From: an uncultured delta proteobacterium
GTDB taxonomy: Bacteria > Desulfobacterota > Syntrophia > Syntrophales > UBA5619
Reading direction: 5' to 3'
Assembly (NCBI GenBank): GCA_963817385.1
Contig: CAWFOM010000031.1
Coordinates: forward strand, 64,001 to 128,000
Length of the DNA stretch: 64,000 bases
Shown: piece by piece, positions 39,358 through 48,394 of the stretch
Numbering within the stretch: the first letter of the stretch is position 1
Layout of the letters: each line of letters starts with the position of its first letter
Translations under genes and position numbers: made by a program
The notes under the pieces: model-generated
Databases searched by the model: none
Told to the model about the DNA's origin: nothing
The model's input: the letters and a program-made list of their open reading frames with translations, nothing else

Positions 39358-40662
39358 TTACCGGGACGATTCGACATACGCGACGATCTTCTCGGCGAGC
39401 GTCCGGACCACCTGTTCGAACTTCTCCTCGTCCCGCTCCAGGAGGGTCATACGGAATCCGGGAAGATCGGTGAAAAAGGAAGTCAGAGGGATGACGCAGA
39501 TCCCCGTGGCGCCCAGGAGGTAATAGACGAACCGCTTGTCGAACTCGACGGGCTCCTCAACCAGCTTTTCGATATAGTCCCGGATATCTGATTGCCCGAT
39601 CGCCAGGAACTGGCGGTTGTTGAGGATTGCCTCGTTGAAAACAATCGTCATATAAAAGGCGCCGCAGGTCCGGTTCACCATCACATAGGGCAGGTCCTTG
39701 AGAATCCGGTAGGCAATGTTGGAAAGCTTTTCGTAATGCCGGATCCGCTCATCGAGGTAACGCCGATACTCCGGGTGGGTCATGATCCGGGGAATTGCCA
39801 TTTGCGGAAGAGTCGTCGAGCAGACCTCCGACATCTTCTGGGTCAGGATCGCGTCGATATAGCGGGCGAAGGTCTCGTCCTTATCGGCGTTGTAGATCTC
39901 CATCCAGCCGCAGCGGGAGCCGGGCCAGGGGAACTCCTTGGAAATCCCCTTCATGCTGATCCCCGGCACATCCCCGATGATATCGGACAGGGGGACGGTC
40001 TTCTTCCCGTTGAAGATGATGTGGTGGTAGGTCTCGTCGAAGATGATAAACAGATCGTAGGTCCGGGCGATCTCCACGATCCGACGGAGCATCTCCTCGG
40101 GATATACGTAACCGGTGGGGTTGTCGGGGTTGATGACGAGGATCCCGACAATGGCCCGATGGCTCTTCACCTTCCGCTCCAGTTCGTTGATGTCGGGAGA
40201 CCAGTCGCAGTAGGGGTTCATCCGATAGGTGTTCGGAGGAAACGAGGCGTGCAGGACCTCCGCCAGCAAGTGTGTGGAGTAGGTCGGCTCCGGCATGATG
40301 ATCCGCGCGTCGACGCGGATGGCGCTGTAGGCCCGGGCGATCGCGTCGCCGAGGCCGTTGAAGAAGATGATGTCATCCGGTGTGATCTGCATCTTCCCCC
40401 GCCGGTTGACCATCTCCGCGAGAAATTCACGTGTCGCATTCATCCCCTTCGTCGGTGAGTAGCCGTAGGTGCGATCCTCCTTGAGAAGGTCGACAAGGAC
40501 ATCCCGCATCCAGGCGGGAACCTTCTCGCCCTTCTGGACCGGATCGCCGATGTTCTCCCAGATCACCTCGACACCTGAACGCTTCAGCCTGTCGGCCACA
40601 TTCACGATGTTTCTGATCTCGTACACAAGCCCGCTGCCGCTCTTTGCAATGTCGAATCTCAT
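39358..40662 (-). CDS. PLP-dependent class I/II aminotransferase (AlaA-like)
   Basis: ENIGDP, INPDNPTG, FDETY and GISKEFPWPGSRCGW motifs. Confidence 0.9.
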   Translation of the reverse strand: MRFDIAKSGSGLVYEIRNIVNVADRLKRSGVEVIWENIGDPVQKGEKVPAWMRDVLVDLLKEDRTYGYSPTKGMNATREFLAEMVNRRGKMQITPDDIIFFNGLGDAIARAYSAIRVDARIIMPEPTYSTHLLAEVLHASFPPNTYRMNPYCDWSPDINELERKVKSHRAIVGILVINPDNPTGYVYPEEMLRRIVEIARTYDLFIIFDETYHHIIFNGKKTVPLSDIIGDVPGISMKGISKEFPWPGSRCGWMEIYNADKDETFARYIDAILTQKMSEVCSTTLPQMAIPRIMTHPEYRRYLDERIRHYEKLSNIAYRILKDLPYVMVNRTCGAFYMTIVFNEAILNNRQFLAIGQSDIRDYIEKLVEEPVEFDKRFVYYLLGATGICVIPLTSFFTDLPGFRMTLLERDEEKFEQVVRTLAEKIVAYVESSR

Positions 40663-40999
40663 GTTCCCCTCGTATGAATTCCGGTGATGGATATAATGAT
40701 TTTTGGTCGCATAATACAATTGATGCGATCTGTCCACCTTTTTTATCGTGTTCGTTAAAAAAGACTTGCAAAACGGATCATCGGCGCCTGTGCCGGTACG
40801 TTCCGTTCGACCACCCTTTTGCCGGAGAAATCGCAGGATATACCGTGGCGGAGCGTATGACAAAAAACCTGGGCATCCAGTCCCTTTTGAGGGCGTTCGC
40901 CGCCAAGCGGCCTGCGGCGGAATTGATTCATCACTCTTGTAAGTCAGGGAGATTCATCATATCATGTCGCACCGAAACAGACGATAACGGAGTCTCAAG

Positions 41000-42415
41000 A
41001 TGACGGAACAACTGCTCGCCCTGTTCGCCCGCCTGGGCCACTGGGGGTACCTGGTCGTCTTTCTCCTGCCGTTCATGGAAAGCGCCGCATTTACCGGGCT
41101 TTTGGTGCCCGGAGAAACGGTGGTTGTCCTGGCGGGGTTTCTTTCCTCCCAGGGGTACCTCGATCTGGGAGACTGCCTCTTGGTAATCTCCCTGGCGGTG
41201 GTCCTTGGCGATACGGTGGGTTACGCCCTCGGCAAAGCGATCGGCAGAGGGTACTTCGAACAACACAAACGGCTGCTCTTTCTGAAAGAAAAGCACCTGC
41301 GGAAGACGGAAGAATACTTTGACCGGCACGGCGGCAAGACCATTTTCCTCGCCCGGTTCACCCATTTTCTCCGGGCAATGGCTCCCTTTGTGGCGGGCAT
41401 GTCGCGGATGCCCTACAAAAAATTCATCACGTTTAACGTAGCCGGCGGAATCCTCTGGACGGTCCTCTTCACGCTTCTCGGATACTTCTTCGGTCAAAGC
41501 TGGCAGATGATCGAAAAATGGGCCGGGAGAGCCGGCTTGTTTATCTTCTTTTTGTTTCTCGTGATTGCCGGCTTCAGCCTTCTCTACAGAACGGCTGCAG
41601 GGAAGAAAACGGAGCTGCTCGTCTGGTTCAAGGAGGTATTCGCGGCGGTCGCTTCAGTATCCTTTTTCCGGGACTTCCGGGAGCGTCATCCCGGCACTGT
41701 CACATTCATCAGGCAGCGACTCTCCCCCGAAGGGTATCTGGGGATCCATCTTACCGTCGGCCTCATGGTAAGCGCCGTCTTCATTTGGATATTCGGAGGG
41801 GTAACGGAGGATGTGCTGACCGGCGACCCGCTGGTGAGCGTCGACCGGTGGGTTCTGGAGCAGGTGCATTTTTTCCGGACACCCCTGGCAACCAATTTCA
41901 TGACGGCATTCACCGCCCTCGGAGGAGGCCGGATGATAGCGGGGGGCGGCCTGACCGTCGCGATTTATCTGATTTTCAAAAAGAGATTTGACGATCTGCT
42001 CATTTACCTCACGGCGGTTCTCGGGGGAAGCGTTCTGGTGTTTATCCTGAAGACTGCCGTTCACCGGGTAAGGCCGCACGCCGGGTTCGCCCTGATCCAG
42101 ATCGGCGGCTGGAGCTTTCCCAGCGGCCACGCCATGATGTCCATCATCTTCTATGGGATGTTTGCCTACCTGTTCATTCGCAGGACGCAGTCCTGGAAGC
42201 TGCAGGTTTTTGCCGTCTCGGCAGCCGGCCTCATCGTTTTCCTGATCGGTTTCAGCCGGATCTATCTCGGCGTGCATTACCTGAGCGATGTCCTTGCCGG
42301 CTATGCGGGCGGGCTTTTCTGGCTGACCGTCTCGATCACCGGACTTGAAACCTATAAAAGGTTCAGCGCATCGAACGGCTCGCTGCATTCAGGCCCTACG
42401 GGCAGGAACCGCTGA
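41000..42415 (+). CDS. Bifunctional DedA / PAP2 phosphatase membrane protein
   Basis: ES..F.G..VPGE..GD..GY..G DedA motifs; K....R.RP, SFPSGHA and SRIYLGVHYLSDV PAP2 motifs. Confidence 0.93.
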   Translation: MTEQLLALFARLGHWGYLVVFLLPFMESAAFTGLLVPGETVVVLAGFLSSQGYLDLGDCLLVISLAVVLGDTVGYALGKAIGRGYFEQHKRLLFLKEKHLRKTEEYFDRHGGKTIFLARFTHFLRAMAPFVAGMSRMPYKKFITFNVAGGILWTVLFTLLGYFFGQSWQMIEKWAGRAGLFIFFLFLVIAGFSLLYRTAAGKKTELLVWFKEVFAAVASVSFFRDFRERHPGTVTFIRQRLSPEGYLGIHLTVGLMVSAVFIWIFGGVTEDVLTGDPLVSVDRWVLEQVHFFRTPLATNFMTAFTALGGGRMIAGGGLTVAIYLIFKKRFDDLLIYLTAVLGGSVLVFILKTAVHRVRPHAGFALIQIGGWSFPSGHAMMSIIFYGMFAYLFIRRTQSWKLQVFAVSAAGLIVFLIGFSRIYLGVHYLSDVLAGYAGGLFWLTVSITGLETYKRFSASNGSLHSGPTGRNR

Positions 42416-42457
42416 CATTGGCACGCCGGAAGCGACAGGAGGTCAAGCGGTGCACGC

Positions 42458-42649
42458 TCAGGGGGTTTTGCTTTTCCGGAAAAACCCCGTCAGGAATTCC
42501 TGATCCAGAGGGGAGAGGTCGAACTGGAAAACCGCCTCTTCGATAAGCCTCTGCAGCGGAGTCTCCGGAGCATCTTCCCTGCGGACGGAGATCCACTTGA
42601 TAGCCCTCTTGATATCTTCCCCTTCAGGCACAATTGTCGTCATTGTCAT
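42458..42649 (-). CDS. Small hypothetical protein
   Basis: PEGEDIKRAIKWIS...IEEA..QFDLSP.D.EFL; plausible composition; extended -10 TGGTAAAAT upstream. Confidence 0.65.
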   Translation of the reverse strand: MTMTTIVPEGEDIKRAIKWISVRREDAPETPLQRLIEEAVFQFDLSPLDQEFLTGFFRKSKTP

Positions 42650-42894
42650 ATCACCATCTCAATAAGATGCCGGCCGGGCTCCCCTTAGAGCCTTCCCAAG
42701 TTCGAAGGCAAGTCCCTCGCTTCTGCCCCGTTCACAACCGCCTTCCCTCGACCGGCGCCATTTTACCACATTCAGATGAAGATTAAAGCCCTCGGCGGCA
42801 CGCTACGAGAAATGCACTCGCCGCCGGATGCGCCGGTCCTTTTTGCCATCGCTCCCCGCTTCCCTCCCGAATGTGCGCCGAGCCCCCGCTGCGG

Positions 42895-44070
42895 CTACGG
42901 GATCGTGCACTCGTCACCCCGTTTCTGCGGTTGCCGGGATGCCCGTCCTTTCGGCGCCAACGCCGTTGCGAAGCCTACACCGATCAGACCTGCTCCCGCT
43001 ATCGTGAACAACGCATCATAGCGCCCCGCGTCCACCAGCCATCCGAACACCGCGCTGCCGATCGATATCCCCACAAAAAGATTGAAGGCAAACAGCGAAA
43101 ACGCCTTACCGCGGGCCGCCGAACTGATCTCCGTGCCCCGGACCTGCAATGTGGTGTGCAGGCAGATGTAACCCAGGCCCAGGACGAACATCCCGACAGC
43201 GAACACCGGCACCGGCCAGCGCGGAATGAACGCCAGAAATACCCCCCCCATCACCGCACCCCCCAACACCGCCAGCTCATTTTCGGAGAATAGGCGCCGG
43301 ATCCGGCCCAGCAGAAGGCCGCCCGTCACCATGCCGATGCCGAAGAGGGCGATAAGCAGGCCAACCGTAAACTGATCGAGGCCGTAGCGATAGATCGCAA
43401 AAGCGCCGAGGTAGGTCATTGCGCCCCACAGCAGAAAGCCCTGCAGAAACACGGCGGCATAGACGAACAGGGCGTACTTGTTGCGGAGGAGGTCTGCATA
43501 GCGTTCAGCGTTCCCCGAGGGTTCACAGGGGGTCCGAATTTTGAGCCGCCACATAAGGCCGAGAGGAATCAGCGCTAAGACGCCATATCCGACGAGCATC
43601 AGCCTCCACGAGATGAAATGGGAGATGGTGCCGCCGATCGATGCGGAGAACGCCATGGCGGAAGAGGTGACCACCGCAAAGCGGCCGAGCACCAATTGAC
43701 GCCGATCATATTCGACGGTGTCTCCGATGAACACCAGGGTCAGCGGTATCACTGCTCCGGCCAAGGCCCCGGCCAGCAGGCGGACAACGATGAACTGCCA
43801 CGTCGTGACCGCGAGGGCGGAAAGGATCGTACAGATGCTGAAGCCAACACCCGCCGCCCGCACGACCGCTATCCGGCCCAAGCGGTCCGAAAGCGGTCCG
43901 TAGAAGAGCTGCCCCGTGCCGTAGGCAAAGGTGTAAGTCGTCATGGCGAGGCCGACGGTGCCGGGGGAAGAGCCGAGCGAAAGCGAGATGGAGGGCAGAA
44001 CCGGCGTCAGGATCCTGAGATCGACGCATACCAGAAAGGTCAACATGAAGAGCAATATCAGCGGGGTCAT
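42895..44070 (-). CDS. MFS transporter
   Basis: GPLSDRLGR motif A; about 12 TM segments. Confidence 0.9.
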   Translation of the reverse strand: MTPLILLFMLTFLVCVDLRILTPVLPSISLSLGSSPGTVGLAMTTYTFAYGTGQLFYGPLSDRLGRIAVVRAAGVGFSICTILSALAVTTWQFIVVRLLAGALAGAVIPLTLVFIGDTVEYDRRQLVLGRFAVVTSSAMAFSASIGGTISHFISWRLMLVGYGVLALIPLGLMWRLKIRTPCEPSGNAERYADLLRNKYALFVYAAVFLQGFLLWGAMTYLGAFAIYRYGLDQFTVGLLIALFGIGMVTGGLLLGRIRRLFSENELAVLGGAVMGGVFLAFIPRWPVPVFAVGMFVLGLGYICLHTTLQVRGTEISSAARGKAFSLFAFNLFVGISIGSAVFGWLVDAGRYDALFTIAGAGLIGVGFATALAPKGRASRQPQKRGDECTIP

Positions 44071-44248
44071 GATTCGATAATCGTCCCTGTTTCGATTTTC
44101 CTATAAGGAGGAAGTTTCTCCCCCGCACGATCCGAACAGCCCGATCCCGGAGAGGAAGTTCCTCGTCGACGTCCGCTCATGCGCGGGCAGTATCGCGGAA
44201 TCGATGCCGCATGTCAAGGATGCATCCCCTCCCTGAGGAATAATTGTC

Positions 44249-44277
44249 TTGACACACCGCGGCCATCTCCCTATAGT
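44249..44277 (+). promoter_or_regulatory. Sigma70 promoter upstream of the pcaD-like gene
   Basis: TTGACA-N17-TATAGT. Confidence 0.7.
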
Positions 44278-44390
44278 CGCCTGGGAAAAGAAGTAAGTCC
44301 TCAGCAAATATCAAGAGATACGATCCTCGGCGACTTGGGCGACGGCGGGTCTGATTGAGGCCGTGTTTTTATCAAAAGGAGGTTCTTTAT

Positions 44391-45221
44391 ATGGCGAACG
44401 GACAAAAGGCAATCCAGAAGATCACGGTGAACGACGTCGAGCTCGCCTACCGTTTCGACGGCCCCGAGAGAGGTCGGGTGGTAATGATGAGCAACAGCCT
44501 CATGTCTGACCATACGATGTGGGACGTCACCGTCCCCGCGCTTTCCGACCGCTACCGGGTGCTGCGCTACGACACCCGCGGGCACGGTAAATCGGGCACC
44601 ACGCCCGGTCCGTACTCGATCGCAATGCTCGCCGACGACGCGGTCAGCCTGATGGACGCGCTCGGCATCCGGCACGTGCATTTCGTTGGTCTGTCGATGG
44701 GCGGTATGATCGCTCAGCAGATCGGCGCGCGTTATGCGGACCGTGTCTACTCGCTTTCGTTGTGCGACACGGCGAGCGAGATGCCGCCGCGCTCGGTGTG
44801 GGCGGAGCGCCTCGCGATCGCCGGCAGCCAGGGCGTCGCCGGCTTGGTCGATTCGACGATCCAGCGCTGGTTCACGGCGCCCTTCATCGCGCGCGACCCG
44901 CAGTCGATTGAAAAGGTGCGCCGGATGATATTGAATACCGGCACGGAGGGGTACATCGCCTGCGCGAGCGCGGTGCGCGACATGGCGCAGACCACGATGC
45001 TCCTTCAGGTGAAGGCGCCGACGCTCGTCGTTGTCGGGCGTCAGGATCCCGCCTGCAGCGTAGAGAAGGCAGAGGTGATCCACCGCATGATCGACGGCTC
45101 GCAACTGGTGATCGTGGAGGAAGCGGCCCATCTTTCCAATATCGAACAGCCGCAGGTCTTCAACGCCGCGTTGCGCGGGTTCATCGACCGTATCGACAAT
45201 GCCCTTCCGAAACCCGTCTGA
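44391..45221 (+). CDS. pcaD: 3-oxoadipate enol-lactonase-like alpha/beta hydrolase
   Basis: SNSL, RYDTRGHG, GLSMGG, RWFT and AAHLSNIEQP motifs; RBS AGGAGG. Confidence 0.8.
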   Translation: MANGQKAIQKITVNDVELAYRFDGPERGRVVMMSNSLMSDHTMWDVTVPALSDRYRVLRYDTRGHGKSGTTPGPYSIAMLADDAVSLMDALGIRHVHFVGLSMGGMIAQQIGARYADRVYSLSLCDTASEMPPRSVWAERLAIAGSQGVAGLVDSTIQRWFTAPFIARDPQSIEKVRRMILNTGTEGYIACASAVRDMAQTTMLLQVKAPTLVVVGRQDPACSVEKAEVIHRMIDGSQLVIVEEAAHLSNIEQPQVFNAALRGFIDRIDNALPKPV

Positions 45222-45299
45222 AGGGCAGGGAACAATCCGCTCAATCTCATCGATGTTGCGATCCTCGGGATGGCGCCCTGCGTCGTGGTCACAACACTA

Positions 45300-46181
45300 T
45301 CACGTCGTCCGCCCGGGGACTGGGATTGTCGCCTCGCAGGGGACGCCGGTCTGGCAAAGACCGCAGCCGGACGTGTCAAAACCGAACCGGGCCTTGATGG
45401 ATTTTGACGATACATCGTGGATGTACTGAGCGCATTTTTCCTTGTCATGTCCCTCCCGGGAGATGGCGTCCGCCGGACAGCGCTTAATGCATTTGCCGCA
45501 GCTGCCGTCGAAATAAAAGAGGCAGTACGCATGGTGATCGTCGTATGGCCGCTCCGAAGGAGGAACGGCGATCCGGGCGACGACGGAGCCGCAGCGCATC
45601 GCCTTTCCCCGGGGCGTGATCAGCCCGTCGCACAATCCGAAGGTGCCGAGGCCGGAGGCGTACGCCGCGTGCCGCTCCGACCAGGAAGAGGCATGACCGT
45701 AGCGCTCCGATTTTTCCCAGCGCCAGCCGGGGGCATTCATGGGCGCAACCGCTTCGCGGCCGGCCTCCCGGAGGAGATCAACGACGTGGTTGCGCAATTT
45801 TACGTTGAAATCCTCCCCGAATTTGCGGGATCGCGCCCACCTCTCCGCGGAGACGGCCTTCTCCCGGCGGTTGTCGAGCCGGGTCAGCTCCGTCTGCGGG
45901 AGGACCCAGCTGATCACGGTCAACGCATCCGCTGCGACGTTCAGCCCGGGAAACGTCACGGCGAAGATCTCCGGCGGCGTCCAGAAAAACGGACCGATAT
46001 CCTCCTTGAACCGCCGATACAGCGGGTCGTCGCCGCGGGAGAAGCCGACGAGCGGTTCCTCCCACGCCGGTTCACGGCTGTCGTCCATTTCCAGGTCGTT
46101 CTCCCCGGAAGCCACGTATTTGCGGATACAATCCCGTATCCATGCCGCATCATCGGGCTTCGCTTTTGGCATATTCCCCAT
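45300..46181 (-). CDS. 4Fe-4S protein, epoxyqueuosine reductase (QueG)-like fold
   Basis: WSERHAAYASGLGTFGL.DGLIT..G..R.GS, CGKCIKRCP and CGLCQTGVPC motifs; start 46181 after GGAGG. Confidence 0.8.
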   Translation of the reverse strand: MGNMPKAKPDDAAWIRDCIRKYVASGENDLEMDDSREPAWEEPLVGFSRGDDPLYRRFKEDIGPFFWTPPEIFAVTFPGLNVAADALTVISWVLPQTELTRLDNRREKAVSAERWARSRKFGEDFNVKLRNHVVDLLREAGREAVAPMNAPGWRWEKSERYGHASSWSERHAAYASGLGTFGLCDGLITPRGKAMRCGSVVARIAVPPSERPYDDHHAYCLFYFDGSCGKCIKRCPADAISREGHDKEKCAQYIHDVSSKSIKARFGFDTSGCGLCQTGVPCEATIPVPGRTT

Positions 46182-46192
46182 GATAACCTCCC

Positions 46193-46312
46193 TGAATCCG
46201 CCCGCGAGTGCATTCCCCGCGGCTTGCCGCGGGGTAAGCGAGCATAAAAAGAATGGTTTGTTCCTCTTAAGGATCGAAGATTCTCCGCAGCTTGCCGCGG
46301 AGCGCTTCACTA
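46193..46312. mobile_element. Non-autonomous two-hairpin element (REP/IS200-IS605-end-like MITE)
   Basis: CCCCGCGGC-TT-GCCGCGGGG (46215-46234) and CTCCGCAGC-TT-GCCGCGGAG (46283-46302) flanking an AT-rich spacer. Confidence 0.6.
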
Positions 46313-46336
46313 GTGTGTCGCTTATCATAGCCCGGA

Positions 46337-46352
46337 TGCATTATGTTTGCCA
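46337..46352 (-). promoter_or_regulatory. Sigma54 -24/-12 promoter for the QueG-like gene
   Basis: On -: TGGCAAACATAATGCA (GG-N10-GC). Confidence 0.55.
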
Positions 46353-46519
46353 CTGCAAAAGAATCGGAAAAATTTCTTGCATAAAAGAAATTGATCCTGT
46401 TAGAAAGAATCATCTTGTTTGTGTTTGAATCCCCGGTCAACCAGTTCTTCGATTCGTCATCCAGATCACCGTCACCCTGTTGCACCGTGACGTCAGCGGC
46501 CGCGAGATTGAATGATCAC

Positions 46520-48046
46520 ATGAAAATACAAATAATTCGAAATCTGATTTCACGGCTCGGCATGACAGCGGGCACCTTGATCGTAACCGTTTTTTCCGTA
46601 ATTATTTCCCTTCTCACCTACCTCCTCGTCACCCGGCTCTTTGGCGGCTTCAATTGGGTCGGCATCGCCGTATCACTGGTTGCGCCTGCCATCATTGCAC
46701 CGATATGCACCATCGTTCTTCTGCGGATGGCGGTGGCCCTCTACGAGGCTGAGGAAAAGCTGCTCAAGGCGCATGATGACCTGGAAAAGAAGGTCGCCGA
46801 GCAGACGCAGGAGCTCCGGGAGAGCAACCAACAGCTCAAAGAGGTGATCAAAAAGCAAAAAAAGGCGGAGGAAGAGCGGAACGAAATGGAGGCCTTGCTC
46901 CACAGAGCGGAGAAGATGGAGGCCTTGGGCGTCCTTGCCGGAGGGGTTGCCCATGATCTCAACAATGTCCTGGGGGTGCTCGTGGGTTACTCGGAACTTC
47001 TGCTCTTGGAATTTCCGGAAGACAACCCGTGGAGAGAACACGTTTCGTACATCCATCAAGCCGGCCAGCGAGGGGCCGCGATCATCCAGGATCTGTTGAC
47101 GCTCGGCAGAAGGGGGGTCACGATTTCCGAGGTGGTCAATCTGAACGATATCATTTCTCACTATATGCAAACACCGGAGTTTAAGAAACTCAACGCCAAT
47201 CACCCGACAGTGCAGTTCAGGGCTGAACTTGAGCCGAAGTTGCTCAATATGAAAGGATCATCCGTCCACTTGAGCAAAACAGTCATGAATCTCATCATCA
47301 ACGCACTTGAGGCGATTTCCGATCGGGGAGAGGTGTTGATTCGTACGGCCAACCGCTATCTTGACAAACCCATCCGCAGTTATGATGACATCGAGGAAGG
47401 GGATTATATCGTTCTTCAGGTTTCCGACGACGGCAAGGGCATCTCCCCGGTGGATCTCGAGAAGATCTTCGAACCTTTCTATACGAAGAAAGTGATGGGA
47501 CGCAGCGGAACGGGCCTCGGTCTTACCGTCGTCTGGGGCGCCGTCAAGGATCATAACGGATATATCGACGTACGGAGTGTCGAAGGAGAAGGGAGCACGT
47601 TTACCCTTTACTTCCCCGTCACCCGGGAAGGGCTGGAAACCCGCCAGCGACCTTTATCGCCGACAATGTATTCGGGCAGGGGGGAATTCCTTCTCGTGGT
47701 GGACGATGTGGATGCGCAAAGAAAGCTTGCCACGGTAATGCTCGGAAAACTCGGATATGCGGTTGCATCCGTTTCCAGCGGCGAAGAGGCCGTTGCCTTC
47801 GTCAAGGCAAAAAAGGTCGACCTTGTCGTTCTGGACATGATCATGGATCCGGGCATGGACGGCCTGGATACCTATCGGCGGATCATTGAAATCAATCCGG
47901 GGCAGAAGGCCGTCATCGTGAGCGGATTCTCCGAGACCGAGCGGGTCAACAAGGCGCAGGCGCTGGGCGCCGGAACGTATGTCCGGAAACCCTATGTCAT
48001 GGAAAAACTCGGCCAGGCGATACGGAGCGAACTCGACAAGCGCTGA
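46520..48046 (+). CDS. Hybrid sensor histidine kinase/response regulator
   Basis: Two TM helices, GGVAHDLNN H-box, N/G boxes (FEPFYTKK..GTGLGL) and receiver domain VVDD..LDM. Confidence 0.93.
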   Translation: MKIQIIRNLISRLGMTAGTLIVTVFSVIISLLTYLLVTRLFGGFNWVGIAVSLVAPAIIAPICTIVLLRMAVALYEAEEKLLKAHDDLEKKVAEQTQELRESNQQLKEVIKKQKKAEEERNEMEALLHRAEKMEALGVLAGGVAHDLNNVLGVLVGYSELLLLEFPEDNPWREHVSYIHQAGQRGAAIIQDLLTLGRRGVTISEVVNLNDIISHYMQTPEFKKLNANHPTVQFRAELEPKLLNMKGSSVHLSKTVMNLIINALEAISDRGEVLIRTANRYLDKPIRSYDDIEEGDYIVLQVSDDGKGISPVDLEKIFEPFYTKKVMGRSGTGLGLTVVWGAVKDHNGYIDVRSVEGEGSTFTLYFPVTREGLETRQRPLSPTMYSGRGEFLLVVDDVDAQRKLATVMLGKLGYAVASVSSGEEAVAFVKAKKVDLVVLDMIMDPGMDGLDTYRRIIEINPGQKAVIVSGFSETERVNKAQALGAGTYVRKPYVMEKLGQAIRSELDKR

Positions 48047-48054
48047 GCAGACAC

Positions 48055-48384
48055 CTACCCGCAACAGGTCGTCTTCTTCGCGGTGGGGGAAGAACATCCG
48101 CTGTCGCTCGGGCCGCAACACGGCTGATCCGTCCGGCCCAGCATGGCGCCGATCACGGCCGCCGCGCAGCCGACGCCGGTCTTGACGGAAATGGCGTCGA
48201 ACGGACAATTCCGGCTGCAGGCGCCGCACTCCATGCACGCGTCTCGATCCCGGATCTCGACATGCCGGCTGTTCATTTGAAACACCGCGTGCGGACACAC
48301 CTCAAGGCACGTTCCGCAACCGGTGCATTTAGCTTCATCGAGTTTCAGGGTAACAACATCTCTAAGGTACGTCAGATCATTCAT
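48055..48384 (-). CDS. hgcB: Mercury methylation ferredoxin HgcB
   Basis: CTGCGTCLEVCP and CMECGACSRNCP, GVGCA, and a C-terminal tail with two CC pairs; immediately downstream of hgcA. Confidence 0.95.
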   Translation of the reverse strand: MNDLTYLRDVVTLKLDEAKCTGCGTCLEVCPHAVFQMNSRHVEIRDRDACMECGACSRNCPFDAISVKTGVGCAAAVIGAMLGRTDQPCCGPSDSGCSSPTAKKTTCCG

Positions 48385-48394
48385 CTTCATACTC

